Assembly: GCA_964247055.1 (NCBI GenBank)
Contig: OZ176052.1
Location: forward strand, 4,960,001 to 5,024,000
Direction: 5' to 3'
Source: Paragordius varius
Lineage: Eukaryota > Animalia > Nematomorpha
Length of the DNA stretch: 64,000 nucleotides
A model generated the notes under the pieces. The model saw nothing but the letters and a program-made list of their open reading frames with translations. It ran no database searches and was not told the DNA's origin. This document shows positions 42,201 through 55,919 of the stretch, piece after piece. The position numbers and the translations under genes are program-made. How positions within the stretch are numbered: the stretch's first letter is position 1; each line of letters starts with the position of its first letter.

Positions 42201-44577
42201 TGCATATATCCTTCACGCACACTTTGAAGTTGCAAAAATGGAACCGATTTTTTGCTCATAGAAATATTTATTATCCCACAATATGGCAGAAATTTTTCAT
42301 ATATTGGCTGAATATTGGGGGAGGGGGGGAGATATAAATATGTATTTATATAGCAAATGTATTCGGATTCTCATAGTCTTTGGGTTTTGAGCCTTACTAG
42401 TCATCCAAAAAGTTGCACCTTTGTATTAACTGGTCAGTTAAATTTTTTCGAGTCAAATGCATCATTAAAAAAATATTATAAATTATATTTTAGAAGCAAG
42501 ACATAATGTGGGCTTTATAAGTATCGATTTTTTTGCATCCCTCTAAACTGATGGCGAGTAGGCCTACAAGAATTAGGAGATTATTATATTAAAAATATTT
42601 TTTTGAGGAAATGCATGCTTTGTATAAAATAAACCATATTTTATTATGTTGAAGCATGGTGAAAACGGTTAAATAACACTTTAAGATATTATAAAACGCC
42701 TTTTAATTCGATGTGTTGAACATTTCTATTTCATCAATCATTAGTTTTCTTAAGTTAAATATAAAATTTTTTTAAAAAATCTACTAAATTTGAAGACGAA
42801 CAAAAGTGTTAATTATAAATCTAAGGTGATAGAAATGTTTAACGTCATTGATTATATAAAGGAAGCGTTTTTCTAATGTCTTGAAGTGTTTTACCTTTCC
42901 ATTATGCTTTGAAATACCATTACGGTTCATCAAAATTTGCTAATTTTTTATTTAAAAAAGTATTTATTTTTTTAATATACTGTAAATCTCGACATTTTCG
43001 CGTATTTTAAAATAAATAGCCCATTTTAGAGGATTATTTTTGGAATTCATTGATTTTTAGGCATTGATTTGCTTTTAAATATAGTTTATGATGTATATTG
43101 ATGATAAAAAAATGTTTATGATGTCCGCAATTTGCGTTTTTTAAATGAGGAACAAAGTGTTAATAATTTCTTTGAAATATTCGTAAGGCTCAAAACCAAA
43201 GCATCATCTTATGCATTTTTATATGAAAAAATATATTCATTAAGATATTTAAATCACGGTGTATATGGTAAAAAAATTTGCTTTTTTTGTGGTTATCAGC
43301 ATAGTATAACAGGATATTTTAATTTGTTGAATAATGATGTTTTATTAAAACCAAATGCATTTTAAATTTAGGTATTAAATTCTACACATAATTTGGCTGC
43401 TGAGGAGGAAGAATTTATTGAACATCAAACGAATGAATTGGAAAGAGCCAAACACACAGTATTACCAAATGAATATCCAAACAAGTATTATATTTTTTGT
43501 TAAAATTAAAAGAGTCAATCTTTTGTCCTATAATTTAGTGTTAAGTGTTTGTCTTCTCATTAAATAAATGTGTTTTTTTTTGTTGTTAAAGGCATTTGGA
43601 CATATTTTAAATTAATTTATATACCGAAAAAAAATTATAATACTTTTTATCAAATAAATATTAGTGTGAGTAACTATACATTACTAGTTTTTTTATTAAA
43701 TATGGCCAAGGAGCATATATAGGAAAGAGAATTATTATTAAAAGAAAAGCGGGAAAAAACCCAAGTCAATAATATATTTCTTTTCGCTATATATTATATT
43801 TGGCAATAAAACTAGCATTTAAACCTACTCATACTGTTAATATAAATATTTTTATATACGATTCGGATATATTTTTTTATTTTTAAATAACAAAAATAAA
43901 CAACATAGTACGCCAGATTTTGAAACTCCTTTAGAAGATATGCAAGGACTTCCTTCTATCTATACTACCCCTATTGGAGATCCTCTTGAGTATATTTTTT
44001 TACAATGATAAAAAGGAATAAAGGATTTTTTAGTCAATTTAATACTTTCTTATACTTGTGCAGTAAAAATTACAATCATAAGAGAAAACATTATTAGTTA
44101 AATATAATTTTTTAAAATATTTATTTTAAACCTTGGTTTTTTAAATGTAACCCTATCGTTTGGATTGCAAATAAGGCATATAAATTGGTTAACTAACTCA
44201 TTTTTATATTTAACATTTGAAATCATAAAGGTAATCGGCAATAAAATCATGGATAGGTGTTTTTACTCAATGTCTGCATATTTTTACATAAATAATTTTT
44301 TTTGTTAAAAAATTCAAATATATAATTGAGTCTGTTAACAATCCACACCTAAATTTTTTATTTTGCCACCCAAAACGATAGGTAACATTAAAGAGTTATA
44401 AAGTTTAAAGAATGGTTAACTTTAAAAAAATATTCGTTGTTTCGTCTTAATTCAAATTTTTTTCCTGTATCTCATAGATTAACAAGTATTCCAATACATT
44501 CAATGAATGAAGAGGAGGATGCCGATTATCAAAAATTTCAAACTCAAGTAGTTAAAAATGTTGATGATCATTTTTAA
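37393..44577 (+). CDS. PAIP1: Poly(A)-binding protein-interacting protein 1-like (PAM2 motif + MIF4G domain + acidic tail), about 13 exons
   Basis: PAM2 motif SKLNPDAKEFNPF, then MIF4G-like helices (LRTYLNDMTIDPGTF, LIAELFCRIE, KILKLSG, EFLLMLYCLKERHWD) and an acidic C-terminus (MNEEEDADYQKFQ), matching recalled PAIP1 architecture. Exons 37393-37420, 37443-37540, 37565-37595, 37618-37751, 37778-37887, 37911-about 38020, 38420-38558, 38640-38779, 40542-40732, 41179-41282, 43372-43484, 43909-43989, 44478-44577. Start codon uncertain. Confidence 0.82.
37421..37910 (+). other. Five consecutive ultra-short introns in PAIP1-like gene (22, 24, 22, 26, 23 nt)
   Basis: 37421-37442, 37541-37564, 37596-37617, 37752-37777, 37888-37910; all GT-AG and nearly pure A/T. 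Four are frame-forced. The 24-nt one is 3n and stop-free, so it rests on signals and composition only. Confidence 0.82.
37496..37534 (+). other. PAM2 (PABP MLLE-binding) motif coding segment
   Basis: TCC AAA TTA AAT CCG GAT GCT AAA GAA TTT AAT CCT TTC = SKLNPDAKEFNPF, matching the PAM2 consensus xLNxxAxEFxP. Confidence 0.9.
39208..39251. repeat. (TA)n microsatellite flanked by inverted ATTC/GAAT
   Basis: attattcATATAT...ATATgaatat; direct read within a PAIP1 intron. Confidence 0.9.
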
Positions 44578-44945
44578 CAGCTATGTAATGGTGGGAGCGC
44601 TAAAAATTTCTTTATTAAAGCATTCGAATCCATAATGCACACCAAAATAAAAATAGCATAATTTGCTCGTAATTTATATTTATCTTTACTACATATTACA
44701 TATATTATACAAAAAAACCCATCAAATAATCATCCATTATAGAATTTTTATTATTTTACCTATCACCTATGTAGATATTATGTGTGCGTGTATGTGATAC
44801 AAAAAATAATTTACTATGCATAAATTATATTATTAAATATGTCTTTTATTTTGTCGTTTTTTTGTTTAAATGTTTGTAGAAATAAATTACTTAAATTAAA
44901 ATTTATGACTAATATAATTGGCTCATTATTAATCAAATGTCTATA

Positions 44946-47900
44946 TTACATATCATTTCCAGGATAAATGTAAATGACAGGTATATAATTCTTGTAAATT
45001 ATATTGGCGTTTGATTTACCATTTTTATCACTATTTTCGAGCGGTGTAATTTCATTACCATAGTAGCAAAATATATCAGGTTTTGGGATTTGAAGTTTAC
45101 CCAAAGTCAAGGGTAAAAAGTTGTATGTGTAATCTACGTATCGGCCCGGTCCAATCACAAAAGAGTTTGATTTTAAATCACTTGTTTGAGATTCCTCAAC
45201 AGAATTGTTGTTTATAATTCCTTTACATCCTGCAAATATTAGGGTTGGTTGTTCCGACATACTAATTTGACATTTTACATGCTCAATCAGCGATGTATTA
45301 TACAATCGATAGGTTATATTTATCATATCATGAATGCGAAACCATGACGGTTTTACAATTTTTTTATTATCATAGCTAGTAAACGTAACGCTATTTTCTT
45401 TTTTTGGTCGTGTATCTGGTTCAATGGTTTGTTCAAATGTTTTATTGCCCAATTGAAATGTATTGTTAATTAAAATGTCGACTTCGACAGTAGATCTATT
45501 ATTTAAGCTATCGTCTATAATATCACATTTCAAATCAAAATAGGCATTTGTCAAAAATTGTTTTCCATTATTCTTATTATTATTATCGTTTGTTTCTCGA
45601 TTAATCTTAATTTTTTGCCAACCAATCTGAACATAACCAAAATTTCGAACATTTACTTTTTCTGTTAAATCAAACTTATTTAACATTAGTAAAAAAGTAA
45701 ACATTTCACCCGGGTTCAAAACGTTTGGATGAAAACAAGCTGGATATATTTCGGTAGATATTGATTGATTATTATTATTATTGCCAATAAAATTAATGGA
45801 GTTTATTGCAATGGATGAATATTTATTGTTGGCTTCAAACTTATCATAACATACGGTGTTATTGTATAAGTTTACAATAAATATGGCTGGCCAATGATTT
45901 ATATGAATTTGTTTTTGCAGAGAAGACTCCTTCATCGGTATAGTTTGCGGTGTTAAATGTGATGTGAATGTTTGCTGCTGAAATGTTAATTTAAACTGTT
46001 TTAAAAGGTTAAATCCATCAATCTGCGATTCCCACATGTAAGGAACATTAATTGGATTGTTGGTATTTAATTTGTCATAACTTAAACGTACAAGAAATTT
46101 GTATTGTTTTACGGTCCAGTCTGTATTACAAACATGGTCGGCATCATCATTCATCACATACATAATTTGATATGGATGTTCCATTTTCATACGCATTTTA
46201 AAACCAAGTTGTTTTGGCATCTCAGTAAATGATGCGAAACCAGCCGTATATGACGAGGAACAAGAAGACGTATTTTCAACGGGTTCCAATGTTAAATCAT
46301 AATTAGAAAAAATGAATTCAGGAAATACATTTAAATTTTTATCAGTATGCCTATTGATCGGGAAACATTCAATTTTTATTTGAATGTTTGTAATATGTTG
46401 TTCCAATACTAAATTCTCCGTTGGCATTATCTTTAAAGACCAATCATTCTCTTCATCTACCAAGACATTGGGTGTTTTGTTAGAAAGATTTTCAGAATTA
46501 CTACTGAATTTAAGAGTGAAATCTTGGCCAAAAGGAAATAAATTATTACTATCTGCTGGCTTAAAATTAAATGGAAGGAATAATAGCATTTTATTGGATG
46601 AATGGTTTAATTCATTGTTCACCAAATTGCAATATTGAATTGGGTAATTTTTTGCTAGAACACCACCAATGTCTGATAAATTCCATGTCAAAGTCAATGG
46701 TAAATATTTTAAGGCATTACCGTGTTTGGTCATAACTTCATCTTTCACGATTATTTTTATACCCGTAATTTTTAGGATACCTAACAAATCAATAGCATTA
46801 TTTATGGTGTGTAATTCTGATATTGCATTTTGAGAACTTAAAATTTTCCATATGTGTAAACCGTTCAGCGCAATTAACTCAATTTGTTCTTCCCTATTAA
46901 AAATGTATTCCCAGTGCCCCTTAAGGTTATTAACGCATTTCTGGTCGGATGACAATCGGGTAGAGTAATTACGCAAAACTGTGCTAAGAGATGTATGATT
47001 TTCTGCTTGCAGTTTGACAAAGTCAATTTCGTAATTAATTATAAGTTTTCCTATCATTTGTATAAGGGCATTTGGGTAAAAGTCTAGCGTCTATATAATA
47101 CAAAAAAATATATATTAAAATTTCGATAATATGGGAAAGGATGACATATAGTTAATTTTTTCAATTTTTACTATTATTAGCCAAAAAATATCTTTGCTGC
47201 ATATGCTATTTGGCAATAATTATTGAAAAACTAGCAATGTATACTAACTCATACTCTATAAAAAACAAAGGATTAAAATTCTTTGATAAAAAAATACTTA
47301 TAAGTTTGTTTTTTTAACAAATTTATTTTTACTGTCCTTATACCATTTGGTCTTTAAATGAAAATTCGCACGCAATATCAAAATCATTGTATGCCATTTG
47401 TGAGACGTGGATTGAAAGCTTAAAGTTTTGACATTGATCGGATAATTCGTCCATGAGAATACAAATTGGGTTAGGTTGTGGGACTAAAGGGCAGATCTGA
47501 TTATTTGTGTGAAACATCGTATTTTTATATGATTCCATTAATGATTTCCACTGGGCATTTATAGACGTATTTTCACTCGATAGGATACCTATTTCTAATG
47601 TCATCAAAAGGGTTTTTTAAATAAAATCAAATTATTATTCAAAAATGTGCATGATTCAATTTCGGTGTGGTTGTTTAGAACAAAAATAATAGATTTCAAT
47701 GTTTTTTTTTATAAAAAAAATAACCTAAATCTCGCTATTACTTTTTGCTAATATAACTAAAATTGAATTTTAACCATAATTTTGTGTCAATGGCAATACA
47801 TCAAGAAAAACAACAATTATAATAAATTATTATTTAAAAAATTTAGATTTCACCAACCTGAAAAATCAAAATTTGGAGGGGATCCACTTAAAACATTCGT

Positions 47901-50900
47901 TAAATAAGTGTAAATGAGAGTTAATTTAACATTTTTTGCATTTGCGTCCACCAAACCCAAGAGTTCAAACGAGCATCGGATAAAAAGGGGCAAATTGATT
48001 GAGAGGATAGCGCATCTTAAAGAAAATGATATATCTAATTTCTGGGATTAACTTATATCTAATAATTTTTTATTATAATGTTATAAAAGCTAGTTAATTA
48101 TATTATAAAAACATACAATACTTGTATAGCATTTCAATTAATAGAACATAAATTTTATTCCAAGTGGAATGTTTCAATGACTCCAAAATTGAACATAATA
48201 AGTTTATGCAGTTCGACAAATCACCAACGCGAAAATATTGTTCTGCTAATTGGTATTTAAGCAATCTTATCAAATGCTGACTATGGAATTCGTTGAAAAT
48301 GGTTATCGCCCTAAGGAAAAAGTCATAAAAATAATATTAGTAGAATCGTATCCCTTTTCTGATCAATTTACTATATTTATTATTTTTTGCCATAAAAATC
48401 ATAAATTTATCGAATTTAAAAACGAGAACATGTCCCTACTTTCATGTTATTAATTAAAATATAATTGTACACGATTAAACAAATATAGCTACGACTATTG
48501 GTTAGATAATTAATATTTTTTACTCATTTAAATTTTGAATGATGATGGATGTCATATCAAATTTCAACACATTTAATTGCAAAGCTAATGTACCACTCTT
48601 TTCACGTTGCATGTCAATATGTTCGGCATTAAGATTCCCTGGTCGCCATGGCCTCTGTCCATAAAACTCCATTTTATCGATTCCTTTTAAACATAAAAAA
48701 CACAATATACGCCATACAAAAGGTAAAAACTGAAAGCTCTTTTATAAACCTTGTTATCTCCAACATAAACCATATAAGTACAATTATAAATTTATGGAGT
48801 GTTACAAATTTATATTTCTATTCCTTAATTTGCAATTTATATTGTTAAATGCAATTAACAGTAAATAAACGATAAAAGAATGTGGATCCATAAAACAAAT
48901 TTTTAAGATAAAAAATTATTTAAAATTTTTATAGAAGAAAAATAAGTAAAAACAATTTTTTTATTATGACTTTCTTTCATTAATACGTATCAGCATGGGC
49001 ATGTTTAAGCATTTATAGGTTCTTAATACAATTCATTACAATAATGAAATAAAAAAATAAACATTAAAATTACTTGCATCGATTCTTTATTTAAAAGTTA
49101 AATTTTTCCAAAGGTATAAATACCATCAACTTTGTAACTTTATTATTTGAAAAAGACAGTCATTTACTGTCGAAATATGATATAATTATTTCATTTCTTT
49201 ACGCTGTTGTTTAACTAAACGTAAATTTATTCCTAACCAGATAAAAGATCCATAGTTTGCGGATATAAAACATTGCTAGCTAATAAATTCTTATGTTCCT
49301 CTTGCCATTGCTGTATTAATTTGGCTTGTTGGGCAGCTTGCATAAAATAATGTCCAGGATGATAAACGGTTTCCATAGAGCGCATCCCCTGTTTACTCAT
49401 GGTTTTGTATAGCTTAGCAAACACTTCGAATCTAAATATACAATGGCATCCATGTATGTTTTAAACTGATTTTTTTAGAGAAATCGATTTAATGCTAATA
49501 TGTTATTTTTTTATTTAAGAGGAGAAAAATATTTTGGGTAAGTTTTGCTTTAACATTTATTTATTGATAATTTAGAGATTTAATGAAAAATATGATCGTA
49601 GTAGTCATAAGATGTGATGCGATTGATATCTTGAAAATATATAAAAACTATTTTTGAAAATGCCAAATCTTACAAAACAAAAAGCAAAATGAAAATAAAA
49701 CAAAATATAGAAAATATACTGATAATATAGCCAGAAACTATTTTCAAAGTCTAAATCAGTATTCTCTTTCAAAACACTGTATTGTTCGATGTGCTTGTTG
49801 AATGCAGTTAAAGCATCTTTTATCATATTTTTGTCCAACAATATTTTACAAATCTGGCATGGAAAATATTGAAAATATAATTTTAGAATCAAATATATTT
49901 GGATTCATATATTAATATTTTTACTTTAAAATTGATTAGGGCGGAGATAATTTTGATTTCGTGTATTGTTGTTTCCGCAATTTTGACATCGGAAAGAGCT
50001 TCATAAGCTTGAATATAACTCCTAATATATACATATATATAAATAATTATTATGCGTGTTATATATATATATTTGGAGCCTAGTTTGCTCTTTTAAAAAA
50101 TTAGTTTTATGAATGATTTTTCGAAATCTGAAAGAGGATTAAACGTCATAAGCGATAAATCATTTAAAAAAATAAAATGCGCCCAAATAAAATATCAAAA
50201 TTTATCATAAGATTATAATTATATGTATAAATCATAAACTTAAATATTAGTTTAATCAAGCGTTATTAGGGTTTAGATAAAAAATTCAAACATGTTATGG
50301 ATGTGAAACATTGGCGAAACTGCAAATGAAAGTGAATAAAGATTGTTTATACATTTTTTTATAGAGATGGTATACACATAGAGCGTAAATATAATAGCTG
50401 TAAAATTATTTTTAATTTTAAGGTGTTCATACTTTGAAAAAGTATTTCTAATTTTACTGGTAGTTAAGTTAGTAAAAAATTGGCCCGCGATTAGGTATGA
50501 TTAAACTTTGACATTTTTTTTAAAAATTATATAGATGAACATTACGATCTGCTGCAACATATCATATTAATCAAATTTGAAAAGAGTTTAAATAAATATT
50601 TCATGGACAATGATAATCAGATAATGGTTTCGACTTTATAAATTATTTTAAAATTGCCAATATTATAGGTATTTGAAAATTCCTTTGAAGCATATATACA
50701 TTAAAGTAATAGTAATTTATATAATTTACAATACTTAATAGCTAAGGCAGGTTCTTGTTTCAATTCATTGAAAAATCCTATCTTGAAATGGTATCGAACC
50801 AATAAACCCTAAACGATTGTTATGCAATAACTTGATGAACGGATTTATCCAAGGCTGAAATATGGATTTTTATGTTTTTGATTTTGTCATTGTAGTAAGT

Positions 50901-52071
50901 TTGGGCAATTTCAAAAAATGCATTTTCCAATCTATTAACATATTATCACTAATTAAAATATTTTCATATTATTGAAACGCAATTAGATCTAACATAGAGA
51001 ATATCACATGCTATAACAAAACAAAAATAATGTATGGTTAAACAAGGGGTATATGCGATTTAATATCGTTCAAGATTATTTAATTTCAAAAATTTTGGTT
51101 TTTAGTTCCATGATTTTTGGTTTGGTGTTTTGCGGTTATTTTAAATTTGCAAAAAAATAATTATGTGTAGAATATAAATAAATAGCCACAAAAGTAGGTA
51201 GCTACAAAATATATTATTTACTACTTTCCCATGTAAAATTTAAAAAACAAACTTTTATGATTCAAATAAATATTAAATAAATATATAAGATTCATTGCAT
51301 TAAAGTGAAAAAATGATACAATTCCAAAAAATAATTTTTCACACAAAAATCCAATAAAAACGGGATCGAAAATTGTTTTGCTCCCATAAAAACGTTCAAA
51401 GTCAATACACAAAATTAAATATTCAAATTAAAGGTATAATTTCTACTTTAGCGTGTATCCATAAAATAAATCGGAGAATGGCAAAATAAATAAATTTTTG
51501 GATGATATGTTTAACAAATCGCAAAACTCAGAGGCTCGTTGAGACATTAAATTTTCTTCACCTTATTATAGAAGTAAAAGATATACCTGGTGGGAAATGG
51601 GAATTACTTTGTATTAAAACAACTACCAATTTGACAAATCTATTATTTAAAGTTTCTCTAAAGAATTAACGGTTTTTGTAACTTGATGATATTAAATCGT
51701 GTATTACATTCCATTTTCTTTTCATCCCATGATACATCATTCCAATCAAGTTCATAAAAAAATACTATTAAACTGGGAATGATTTCAAGATGTTTTATTA
51801 TCCAATTTCTCTTTAACATACCCTTTGGTATGTACCATTCAAAACTATTTCGCTGAAATTTACATAAGAATAATTATACCTGTGCATGAGGTGTCGGAAG
51901 CCTGTGATCCAGGGCACAAATTTTAAAATTAATCGCTAGCTGATTCTGCTTTCTGTGCATAAAATATTCCCATATAGCTTTGTGATTTGCATTATATACA
52001 ATGTCTAAACCGGTTAGATAGACAGGGATATCGGGTGGCAAAAAAAATTCCTCAGGTATATAAAAATCCAT
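44946..52071 (-). CDS. TRAPPC11: Trafficking protein particle complex subunit 11 (TRAPPIII; foie gras/gryzun), about 14 exons
   Basis: LTGLDIVYNANHKAIW, RNSFEWYIPKGMLKRNWIIKHL, FYELDWND, RLENAFFEIAQTYY, RYHFKIGFFNELKQ, EIKIISALINFKIC, HPGHYFMQAA, EFYGQRPWRPG and SLRCAIL...FELLG match recalled TRAPPC11. The last exon (47090-44946) contains the 703-aa ORF with the C-terminal Gryzun-like region (YNFLPLTLGKLQIP). Confidence 0.93.
50809..51879 (-). other. Four ultra-short introns in TRAPPC11 (27, 25, 25, 23 nt)
   Basis: 51879-51853, 51682-51658, 51586-51562, 50831-50809; each removal restores the conserved TRAPPC11 frame (the 27-nt one contains an in-frame TAA). Confidence 0.9.
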
Positions 52072-55000
52072 GCCGTAACCATATGTTTTAATCCATAAAA
52101 AATACGTAAAAGGTAGTGAAATATTTTTTCTACTAAATTTATTAGTCCTACATAAGATACTATAATAATCATTAGGAGCGTTTTAGCATATTTTATAAAA
52201 TTATACCAAAAATAAAAAATGTAATAAAATTAGTTTCAAGTATGTAAAATTATTTAAATCGTTGTTATAAGGTTTACTGTGTATACACATTAAAAGCGCC
52301 TCCTAAATGGCATCTCCCTAAAACGTGTAAAAGCGTTGGAAGAGGAGGGTAGTTTGTTTGGACAATGACGGTAGATTGCATCTCTTATACCGTTAGCTTG
52401 ATGCCGAAATACGGACATAAATTGTGAAAGATAAACATGAAATAATAATATTTAAACAGAATCTAATAAGATTACAAATATGTACTTTTTGATATCTAAT
52501 TTACTATCATTTTTGGCTAAAAAATAAACGATAACAATTTACATCGCAAATAAACTGATTTACTTATTTTGAATTTTTTTTATTAATCATTGTTCTCCTA
52601 CATCACACAGTATACATAAATATTTTAAGTTTTTTATTTTTAATGAGGAATGCATCAGGATTTTCATGGTGCCTCTTAGTTCAGACCTTACTTCCCATTA
52701 TCAACAGTTCTTTACCTTTTCACTTTCTTTCTTAGTTAACCTATTGGGTTAGTTTTATATCCAGGAACTCAATTTAGAAAAAAAACTACAAAATTATTTT
52801 AGTTAAAATTTATTTGTCAAACATTGCTATCATGTAAATAAAAGTTTATATTTTTTACAATTTTGTGACTTCTCTTCCTAAAATTGGAACAGTCCCATAA
52901 CACAATTTAAAACATAATATATAAAAAATATATCAAATTTTTGCTGGTAAAATGTAGCCTGCAGCTTTTAAAATTAATTATTTACATTTTATAACCAAAA
53001 AAACAATTATTTGCATGTTGCGCTGGCGATTAAAAAATAGAAAAAAAGCGGCGAAAAGGTTTAAGATGGGGTTTTTTTTTACAAAAATTTTTTTTTATAA
53101 TATGTCCTAAAGACTAAAGAAAGCATATACTTTTAAGACATTCCAATTTCAGATCTGGGATAAAACGAATATTTTTATGCTAAGTCCATATCCAAAAATT
53201 ATAATTTTCTGACAATGCTAAATATTTTTTTAAAGCTAAACGCTTCTTTATCACCAAAATATATTATAAATTTTAAAGCTAATCCATATTGTTAAAAATT
53301 TTTGTGTATGGTTATAAAGTTCTATTTTATCTTTCTTCTATAAAGCAAAACGGCCAAGGTTTCTTAATAAATGACGACTAAATCGGGGTAAAATATCACA
53401 ATAAAATGGATATATTAGATAAATGTATCAGTATCATAATGCTTTTCGTTTTGGACCTTAGTGATTTAAGAAAATAGATACCACTTTGGTGGAAACTGCT
53501 TCATACCAAAAATATATTAGCACATTTTGAAAATAAAATTATTATTATAAGATCTGGATAATGGGCCATAATTATTGGTAAATATAACACTAGACAACAA
53601 ATTTTTCTGCCACTCGAGTTTGCATTTTTTGATATTTAATATCATTTTAACAGTAAATCTGAAATAAAAATTATAACTCGTTGGAAGAATTTTGTATAAT
53701 TTGATTTTTTTGATTATGCGCCTTCTTTATCAAAATTTTACTAAAAAATGTTTTTCTTTGAAAATAAACAAGTAATGCCCATTTGTAATATATCAATTGA
53801 AAAAGTATTAAAAACTCTATTAAATGTATACTAATATGTATTACATCGACAGTTAATATTGGACACAAAGAGCGACAAACGCGCGAAACCAGAGCATTTT
53901 TTTTAATTAGTATATTTTTAAAACTAATGGATGAAAATAGCTCAGAATTGTTTAGATGGAGATAAATGTCCAAAAAAGATAACACAAGAAAGTTTTTTTT
54001 TATTAAAACATTTTTTATTGCTTTTATGTCACTCAAAACAGCCATTTTTAGGTTTTTTGTTTTTTAAAAATTACCATGTCATCAATATTAATTTATTTTT
54101 TTTACAAGGCTGATAATTTCGAAAATTTAAAGATAAAAACAAAGTTTAAGGTATTTTTGATCTTTTATAGCGATTATGTAATAAATTTACAGTTATTGTT
54201 ATGCATTTTAGTATCCACTAGGTAAAATATTTATGATAATAATAATTTTTATTAAAAAAGCAAACCAAAAGCTTTTCCAAACATTTTTTTAACTAAATAC
54301 TAATATAACCCTAAAAATTATATTAAAATAATTTATATGATTTTCAAATTAGTTTGTCTGTAAAAATTCTTGACTTATTTAAGGATTGAAAATTTCGACC
54401 ATTTAATCCAAATAACTTTTACATCCGATTGATTTATATGACTTACTACCATTTAAAAGATGCAGTTTTTTGCGCTCTTTCGAATGATATAAAATACATG
54501 GCTTCGTATCTAAAACTTTAAATTTTCAAAATTTTGAGTTTAATGTTAAATCGGGGCCAAAAATTATCGATAAACTCTAATATAAAAAAATTCTTCCATG
54601 TAAGACCAATTTTCTTTTCAGATATAATAATTTTGTACCTTAATGAAATAATTTTAAATTTACAAGATTGGCAGTTAAAAAAGTTAAAATTTGTTGTCTA
54701 GTGTAATCATGCATGGCTAATACAATTAGTTTTATAATACGATCATATTGAAAACAAACAGAAAGAAAAAATCATAAAAAAATCATACATTATTTTACCT
54801 CATATGTTTTGGCCAGAGCGTTTTAAGATTTGATGGATTAAAATAAATTATTTCAGGTATTAAGCCAATTAAAAATATGCTTTCTTTAGCTTTTTACGCG
54901 CTTGGTCCAAAAAATATCAAAAAAATCTCATCTTAAGATTTTTTGCTGGCATTTCGTTGTTTTTTTAATTATTTTTATTGGCTTAGTGTCCACCAAAAAG

Positions 55001-55919
55001 TAACCTGATTAAATATGCACAGTGTCCACAAAAAAACCTGTTATACGAAAATGTATCAGGATTATCATGGTTGTTTTGGTTTTGGCTCTTACGAGAGATA
55101 TAAGAAGCTTATTTACACTTTTGTGCTAAGTGCTCCATATTTAAAAAATGCCAATATTTGCGCACATATTTTCAAATAAATTATTTTTGGTGAAAGCTAA
55201 ATCCTTCATTCCAAAACATATCATGAACTACCTATAAAAAGGAAAACTATAAAAAAATTAAATTTTTTGATGTGGGCCTCGAAAGTCTCAAGATTTTCCG
55301 CTCATTTAAAATGCGCTAGTACTTTTAAAAATGCCGTTATGCGCAACAAAAATTTATATACACAGTAAATTTTGATGTAAACTAAAAATATTTTTGTAAA
55401 AATGTTTAATAAATTAAATTTTAGCAAATACTTGTTGAAGCATACTTCCTAATATTTTAAGGTATGATGCAAACGGTATAAAAACTTTTTAGGACAATGT
55501 AAAAACACTTTATCTATATAATTCTTCGATACGGAGTATTTTTATAAGTTTTTTAATATACGTCTTCAAATTTGTGTTAAGAAATGTTCAGCATCATCGA
55601 TTTAAATGAAAAAAAGTGTTTATAATCTCAAGTTGTTAACCCTTTCCATGATGCCTCAATACAGTATGAAGTACGCTTCCGCAGAATTTTGCTAAAAATA
55701 AATTTTTGTAAAAAGTATGCATTTTTTTAAAAAAAATTATGATAAATTCAGATATAATTAAAATTTTAATCCGGCATTTTTGCCTTTATTTCAGAATAAT
55801 TAGGCCATTGTACAAGAGCAAAAAAATTTGGGACTTTCAGAGCTTACATTAAAAAATTTGATTTTTTTTAAAATATAGTACTTTTTATATATAGTAGCTA
55901 ATAAATTTTGGGATGCTTT

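Noticed and set aside
53671-54113. 124-aa minus-strand and 60-aa plus-strand ORFs
   Set aside because: I/L/K/F/N-rich translation typical of AT-rich non-coding or decayed TE DNA; no motifs or exon partners.
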